From the NCBI GenBank assembly GCA_951406725.2, contig OX597827.1:24304001-24368000 (forward strand): DNA of 64,000 nucleotides, in the 5' to 3' direction. The DNA comes from Octopus vulgaris (lineage: Eukaryota). Under the pieces are notes generated by a model. The model made no database searches. It was not told where the DNA came from and saw nothing but the letters and a program-made list of their open reading frames with translations. Positions 56,554 through 64,000 of the stretch are shown piece by piece. The translations under genes were made by a program, and so were the position numbers. Positions within the stretch are counted from its first letter, which is position 1, and the number at the start of each line of letters is the position of its first letter.

Positions 56554-57819
56554 ATTATGTTCCATTACCTTTAAGCCTGAATTTTGATGATATTCAAGTA
56601 TTTATTTTTGGGACACTTGGGCCAAAGTAAAAAATAACATTAAACCTGGTTTACCAACTGCATGTCTTTCTTTCTTTATTAACCAATCATCTCATAAAAT
56701 TCAGTATTTTTCTTTGTTTTTTTTTTGTGTAATATTTATATGATTACTCTTGAAGTGTTGACAGTTTTGGGCAATTCCGTACAATGGGTAAAAGATTTTC
56801 TGGAAGGGAGGCTCAGGAACAGTTTCTTGCTTCCATCATAATATTCACAAATACCCTTGAAATCCTTACTGCAAGTTAATGAATTACTCCAATGTTCTTT
56901 GATTATTGTGTTCTATGCTTGCTCTGTTTGTGGTGCTTCCTGTTATTACTTTAAGGTTGGTATAGATAGAACCTTTGTGGATGAAGTGTCTTGACCAAGG
57001 ACAACTGTCTGTCAGATTTACCTATAAGCTTGACAGGCTGAAACCTCTGGCCTGAGATGCATAATATCCCTCACACTGTCATGGACCTTCTGGGAGGGTC
57101 TCAGAAATGGATTAGCCCAGCACCTTTCTTCATCTACATCTAGCATTAAGTGTGGACAGTGCCAGTGATGAGACATGACCCATTTCCTGTTTAGCTGGAA
57201 TTATTTTGGTCATCGTGTTGCTGTTTTGTCTATTGATTAGCAGCTAATCACGTACTTCAGACTATGGTGAATGTCTCATTTTGTCCTTTCAAAGCAGTTA
57301 TGACAAATATTAAAACGAAATTAAAAATGGAGATAAGGTGGCAACATCTTGTAGTTTGCTTCAAGTTTGTATTTCTTATCAAAATATGAAACATATCCGT
57401 TTTGCTATAAAAGTTGGCAGTTGAGTGATAATAAAAATATATCGTAAGTTGTTAAAAATGTTTAAAATATTCTACAGATCAGCATGTGATTTATTTATTC
57501 TATTCTGAATAGGCTCTGGTATATAAAAACAAAATAAACAATTACATGGATATAGGAGGCACTCTGTCCTTAACAGGTTGTTTACTGCACAATCAATATG
57601 GTCATCCATAGTTTCTGTGTCAACTATTCTATTGATCAGAATTGATTTGTCTCTTCCTGTATTGTGTCACTGCTTGACTTCAATGACAAGTCATATATTT
57701 TTATATGCATTTTCCTTTTAAAGAGTTGTTTAGTGGTGTTTGTGTGTGTGTGTGTGTTTCACTTGGTATTTCATTATAATCTAGGATGCAGTAGTATAAC
57801 GAGGTATAAGATTAATATC

Positions 57820-58225
57820 TCTCTTTCTCTTTTACTTGTTTCAGTGATTTGACTGTGGTCATGCTGGAGCACCACCTTTCGTCGATCAAATTGACCTCAG
57901 AACTTATTCTTTGTAAGCCTAGTACTTATTCTATCGGTTTCTTTTGCCGAACCACTAAGTTACGGGGACATAAACACACTAGCATCGGTTGTCAAGCGAT
58001 GTTGGGGGGACAAACACAGACACAAACATACACACACATACATACATAAATATACATATATACGATGGGCTTCTTTCAGTTTCCATCTATCAAATCCACT
58101 CACAAGGCTTTGGTCGGCCCGAGGCTATAGTAGAAGATACTTACCCAAGGTGCCATGCAGTGGGACGGAACCCAGAACCATGTGGCTGGTAAGCAAGCTA
58201 CTTACCACACAGCCACTCCTACGCC
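57820..58225 (-). mobile_element. Full-length tRNA SINE (family of 46690-47104)
   Basis: Reverse complement of head, core and tail. Confidence 0.9.
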
Positions 58226-58349
58226 TATATAGAATTGTTTTTTTCTTTTCTTCCACAAAGATGACACATAATGATCAACCTGTTACTGTTTACTTCAGGC
58301 TTTATTGAGTTTGATTGAAGGGCAGTTTGTTCAGTGATACTGAACAAGT

Positions 58350-59065
58350 ACAGGCATGGCTGTGTGGTAAGATGTTTGCTTCCCAACCACATGGTTCCAG
58401 GTTCAGTTCTATTGCGGGGCACCTTGGACAAATGTCTTCTACTATTATCTCAGGTTGACCAAAGCCAGTGGATTTTGTAGGCAAAACCTGAAAGAAGCCC
58501 ATCATCATCATCATTGTTTAACGTCCACTTTCCATGCTAGCATGGGTTGGACGGTTCGACTGGGGTCTGGGAAGTCAGGAGGCTGCACCAGGCTCCAATC
58601 TGATCTGGCAGTGTTTCTACAGCTGGATGCCCTTCCTAACGCCAACCACTCCGAGAGTGTAGTGGGTGCTTTTTATGTGCCAGGCGAGGCTGGCAATGGC
58701 CACGATCGGTTGGTGCTTTTTATGTGCCACCGGCATGGAGGCCAGTCGAGGCGGCGCTGGCAACGGCCACATTCGGATGGTTCTTTTATGTGCCACCGGC
58801 ACTGGTATCACGATTACAATTTCCATTGTGTTTTGATGTGCGTATGCTTGTGTGAATGTGTATGTAATTTGCCACTGCTTGGCAACGGGTGTTGGTATGT
58901 TTACGTCCCCATGACTTAGTGGTTTGGCAAGAGAGACTGATAGAATAAGCACCAAGCTTAAAAAAGAGAACAAAAAGAAGTTCTGGGGTCAATTCATTCA
59001 GCTAAAAATTCTTGAAGGTGGTGCCCCAGTATGGCCACCACCTAATGACTGAAACAAAACATGAA
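58350..59065 (+). mobile_element. tRNA SINE interrupted by an opposite-strand RTE-tailed retroposon (~58500-58830)
   Basis: Head 58350-58500, tail ~58870-59065; the insert begins with (CAT)n-TTTAACGTCC. Confidence 0.75.
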
Positions 59066-59117
59066 AGATTATTATCCTTTGTATGAAATTTGCTGATATT
59101 TCGCTTACATTCTTCTA

Positions 59118-59492
59118 TACTTTTACTTGTTTCAATCATTTGACTGTGGCCATGCTGGAGCACCACCTTTAGTCGAAGAAATCGATCCCAGGACTTATTC
59201 TTTGTGAGCCTAGTACTTATTCTATTGGTCTGTTTTGACAAACCACTAATTTACAGGGATGTAAATGCACCAACATCGGTGTGTGTGGGGACAAACACAT
59301 ACACACAAGCACACACACACACATATGTGTGTGTGTGTGTGATGGTTTCGTTCAGTTTTTGTCTACCAGATCCACTCACAAGGCTTTGGTCAGCCCGAGG
59401 CTATAGTAGAAGACACTTGCCCAAGGTGCCATGCAATGGGACTGAACCTGGAACCATGTGGTTGGGAAGTAAGCTTCTTACCACACAGCCAT
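59118..59492 (-). mobile_element. tRNA SINE (same family)
   Basis: Tail TTTTACTTGTTTC..TGACTGTGGCCATGCTGGAGCACC through head CTTACCACACAGCCA. Confidence 0.85.
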
Positions 59493-59579
59493 ATCATTTC
59501 ATAGAACAAAAGAAATAAAAAAAATTTAAACTAGTGATGATCCTGAAGCGGGATTTGAGAATAGATTTTTAACTTTTGC

Positions 59580-59925
59580 TTTTTTCAGTCTTTGAACTGT
59601 GGCCATGCTGGAGCACTGCCTTGAACAGTTTTTATTTGAATGAATCAGCTCCTGTACTCATTTTTTACAGTCAAATGAAATGCCCCCACTCCCAAGTAGT
59701 TGTTTGCTGAAGCCTGATACTTACTCTGTTGGTCTCTTTTATTAAACTACTTATAGGGCTGCAAACAAACCAATGCTGGCTCTCAAGTGGTGATGGGGGA
59801 CAAACACAAAGACATAGGCACACACACACACATGTATGTATGATGGGCATCTTTCAGTTTTTGTCTATGAAACCCATTCACAAGGCTTTGGCTGGTCTGG
59901 GGCTAGAGTAGAAACCACTTGCCCA
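59580..59925 (-). mobile_element. Degenerate tRNA SINE (same family)
   Basis: Tail and core motifs recognisable. Confidence 0.65.
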
Positions 59926-60359
59926 ATGCAAGAGAAAACTATAAAAAATCCATCACTTGGTTCTGTTGTTATGTTATTGGAGGTGAGAAGAAGGGGTTTA
60001 GAAAACTGAAGGATAAATTTTGGAGGTGTACTTGCTGGGTCAATGATTAAATCCAAAACTGTGTTGAAAGTAAAACAATTTCAGCATGGAAGATGCATCT
60101 GGGTCATACAAAAACTGTTCACTTCACTTAAACATTTATTGTTTGAGATCAAAATTTTAGTTGCAATCTGATCATTGCTGTAATTCCACTGCACCTAGTT
60201 TGTGAGGTTGCTGGCTGATATATATATATAAGTACAAAGTGAGATAGGGGTTATGAGTGTAACCCACTATAATTTAATTAATTAGTTAATAAATTATATA
60301 AATTGGTATTATCTGGAAGTTGATGATTGAAAGGAATCTATTCCTCCATTTTCTTATTT

Positions 60360-60420
<61 letters not shown>

Positions 60421-60425
<5 letters not shown>

Positions 60426-60649
60426 TAAATTACGGTATCTACGAGATACCACCATGCTGAAAATAGCAGCCATGATCTGACTCTAAAACCACCAGGATCT
60501 AGAATTATCCCGTAATTTTTTACTAGTTTTATCTTGTCTCTTTGTTTTCTCTCCGTGTTGATATTTGGACAACTTAGGTGGTTTTAGAGTCAGATCATGG
60601 CTGCTATTTTCAGCATGGTGGTATCTCGTAGATACCCTAATTTATAATT
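60421..60649. repeat. Fold-back inverted repeat (~73-bp arms) adjacent to (TA)n
   Basis: AATTATAAATTA.GGTATCTACGAGATACCACCATGCTGAAAATAGCAGCCATGATCTGACTCTAAAACCACC mirrored at 60577-60649. Confidence 0.88.
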
Positions 60650-60748
60650 TTAATAATTATTACCTTTGAAGGTTATTTTTTCCATGCTGACCACTTGATA
60701 AAATCGTTATTTCCTTTTTAGATTACCGATCTTATCCTTATTTATATA

Positions 60749-60780
<32 letters not shown>

Positions 60781-61166
60781 CACACACATATATATACATA
60801 CAAATAAATAAATAGCAAGGTTGTAATTTTGTCTTTTCTATATAGGTCAATTGTTCTGGTTAGGTGGTCATAGTTAGTTACTATTTTGTTGTATTTCATA
60901 TACTCTTCTTTCTTCCTTTCTCTTTTCCTTCAGCATAGAATACAGAAATTCAGAAAATATAAATGGCATACCTAATGCAGAGGAAATTATTTTGAATTTG
61001 TAAACACATACATGCACACATTACATGTGTGTATAATATATAAATATGTATGTATATATGTCTATATATATATTTAGGTTATAGTAGAAGACGTTTGTCC
61101 AAGGTGCCATGTAATGAGACTGAACCCAAAACTATATGCTTGGGAAGCAAACATCTTACCACGTAT

Positions 61167-61362
61167 TTGCCATGCTGGACTGCTGAAGTCTACAAGTTTT
61201 TTTTCATTCTCTCTCTGTTTATTTTCTCTTATTCCTTTCTGTTGAAGAGCATAGGCTCAAAACATAAAAGACTTCTTCATTTTCCCAAGCGTCAAACTAA
61301 TACACTTGCTTGTTGTTCTTATACCTGTCTTAGTCTTTTGTTTTTCTATGAATTTCAGCTAT
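61167..61362 (+). mobile_element. Old solo pseudo-LTR related to PLE3, with decayed hammerhead
   Basis: CTTTCTGTTGAAGAGCATAGGCTCAAAACATAAAAGACTT..ACTAATACA..GTCTTTTGTTT aligns to the reverse complement of 16680-16890. Confidence 0.7.
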
Positions 61363-61387
61363 ACATATATGTTAGTGTGTATGTGTA

Positions 61388-61772
61388 TCTTTTACTTGTT
61401 TCAGTCATTGGACTCTGACCATGCTGGGGCACTGCTTTGAATGGCTTTTAGTCAAATGAATCAACTCCAGTACTTTTTTAGAGTCTGGTACTTATTCAGT
61501 CTCTTTTGTTGAACTGCTAAGTTGTATAAAGGTAAACACACCTGTACCGATTGTCAAGCAGTGATGAGGAACAAATGTAGACACAATGACACTCAAACAC
61601 AGTTATATACATACATATATTTTTTCAGTTTCCATCTACCTAATCCACTCAGAAAGGTTTGGTTGGCCCAAGACTATAACAGAAGACACTTGCTCAAGGT
61701 GTCCTCAGTGGGACTGCACCCAGGCCCATGTGGTTGGCAAGCAAGTTTCTTACCACACAGCCACACTTGCAC
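61388..61772 (-). mobile_element. tRNA SINE (family of 46690-47104)
   Basis: Tail, core and head motifs. Confidence 0.8.
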
Positions 61773-61839
61773 CACATACATTATATCTGTTTGAGTATGT
61801 ATGTATGTGTTCATGTATATACATATATATATATATATG

Positions 61840-62143
61840 CAATGGTCCAGTGGTTAAGGGCAGCGGACTCACGGTCGTAGGATCGCGGTTTCGATTCCCA
61901 GACTGGGCGTTGTGAGTGTTTATTGAGTGAAAACACTTAAAAGCTCCACGAGGCTCTGGCAGGGGGTGGTGGCAATCCCTGCTGTACTCTTTCGCCACAA
62001 CTTTCTCTCACTCTTTCTTCTGTTGGCCTGCTCGCTTAGCCAGCAGGGTGGTGTCATTTGAAGGCTAAAACAATGCGAAGCGCATTGTAACCAGCAATGT
62101 GTAGCAACATCTGATAGCCTGGTCAGTCACGGTGATCACTGTG
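61840..62143 (+). mobile_element. tRNA-derived SINE (fourth family) between short (TA)n runs
   Basis: A box TGGTCCAGTGG, B box GTTTCGATTCCC. Confidence 0.65.
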
Positions 62144-62177
<34 letters not shown>

Positions 62178-62776
62178 CATATCATGTGTGTGTGTGTCTG
62201 TGTGTAAAGTGGTTGGCGTTAGGAAGGGCATCCAGCTGTAGAAACTAAACCAAATCAGATTGGAACCTGGAGCAGCTCTTCTGCTTGCCATCCCTGGTCA
62301 AACCATCCAACCCATGCCAGCATGGACAATGCATGTTAAAGGATGATGATGATGATGATATACATGCATACATACACATAATAACCATAATAATAATAGT
62401 CATTGCTTGGAACTGTAAGAGTTTTCTGCACAGTTTTCGAAGCATGACCAGTAAACAAGTGTCACCTTAGCCTGCTGGCTTTGGACAGCTGACACTTTCC
62501 ATCATACCCAGCAAAATAAGCTGAGAGTTTTCATGCATTGGGATAGCACTTCACATCACCAACTGGTGGTTGTCACACACTGATGATGGGTCAACATTCA
62601 GAACCCGGGTCCATGTGTATCACATCAGGCTGGAGATGGGAAGGATGACTTCCCTTTGCAAATACTGATAGGGCACAGAAAGTGTGTCAATAGCCAACTG
62701 GAGGAGGTGTCCTCTTGGGGCTACAAGCTACAGTAGCATCAACCCTTAAGGGTTATCCACATTTAAGCGGAAAATA

Positions 62777-62777
<1 letters not shown>

Positions 62778-62838
<61 letters not shown>

Positions 62839-62862
62839 TAATAATAATAATAATAATAATAA
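62778..62862. repeat. (CTA)n-(TAA)n compound microsatellite
   Basis: Direct reading. Confidence 0.9.
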
Positions 62863-63383
62863 TTGATTTCTGATATATGCACAAGGCTATAATTTGGGGA
62901 GAGGGTATATGGTGTGTTCCCAGAGCTTAAGTGGATTTTTTATGTTATTGCTGCTCTCCACCCCACAAAAATGAAAGTCAAAGGTAACTTCAGTGGGATT
63001 TATACTCAGGGTTCTAACTACTATAAGGTATTGTATCCAACACTTTATAAATGTTTAATATATATTTGATTATAACCTTTGCTGTATTTCATTTTTTAAT
63101 TTTCATTTTTTTTTGTAAAATCATTTACTATTTTTTAATAATTTATTAGAAATTTCCATTACTATTTTTAAAAATTATTTACTAACCATTTCTTTTACTG
63201 TTTATTAATTAGTTATTAACCATTTCCTATCCATTCACAAGAGGAAGTTCAAGAATGTTTTCTATGAATGCAGATATAAGTGCAGACATAGCTCTATACA
63301 GCTGCACCTATGTCTTTCAGTTTTCACCTACCTAGTCTGTGAGGGGACTTGATTGGTGAAAACTAAATTAAGCTTGTTGTATG

Positions 63384-63459
<76 letters not shown>

Positions 63460-64000
63460 CATACATGTGTGTGTGCATACATGTGTGTGTGCATACATGT
63501 GTGTGTGTGTGTACTTTTGTCACATGATGGTTGTGGGTGAGCATCATTATCACACAAACAATGTTATTTGTTTTCAGTCTTTCCTGTCTTGGTGTGGAAA
63601 ATGTTACCTTGCTTGGAAACAGGTGAGGATTGGTGGCAGAAAGGATATTGGGCTGTTGAAGATTTAGGGCTGGAGTTCCAGTGGTCACTTTAGGTCTCCA
63701 ATGGTTCTCATTTTCACATTATATTTGTTCATTTCCTCTCTCACTCTGAACATCAGAGACGTTAGATGTGCCTTTGCATCTATGAAACTCTAAGTAATGC
63801 ACAGCTGTGTCAACTTATAGGGAAATACATTTAACTTCTATAAATTCTGCAGAACACATTTTCCATTTGTTTAGACACCTGTCTGTGTGTGTATGTTATA
63901 TATATATAATTATAAATAAGTTTCATTGTAAATATTTACAGAGTCCTGGAAGTTATTTTGTTTCTGTCATAAAGTTCTTTGTAATAGACAGCTTGTGTTT

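Overview
Eukaryotic, very AT-rich, repeat-dominated animal DNA; the tRNA-derived SINE families and (TA)n/(CA)n load suggest an octopus/cephalopod genome (inference). Bases 1-~40,450 are a dense nest of retroelements in which essentially every junction is a (TA)n microsatellite. The nest holds three copies of one CR1/L2-group LINE (family A), a second LINE (family B, with a CCCH-zinc-finger ORF1 remnant), two Neptune-type and two YRDD (Hydra-type) Penelope-like elements (PLEs), and a 363-bp-period non-coding hammerhead element. One PLE has an intact 838-aa ORF with pseudo-LTRs plus an inverted segment. I can fold eight type-I hammerhead ribozyme motifs by eye, plus degenerate ones. After a 100-N assembly gap the sequence is ordinary intronic/intergenic DNA with many SINEs, a Tc1 relic interrupted by a piggyBac-like element, MITEs, several fold-back palindromes, and one host coding exon for a type-II membrane GT-A glycosyltransferase (48301-49320). 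Best leads: (TA)n targeting shared by unrelated retroelement classes; a LINE-SINE partnership shown by a covarying 3' stem-loop; a retrozyme-like 1.5-mer with a U3-A8 hammerhead; a tRNA-headed hammerhead element; and a candidate -1 frameshift in a PLE. All long 'YIYI' ORFs are microsatellite artefacts. Coordinates were counted by hand and may be off by a few bases.
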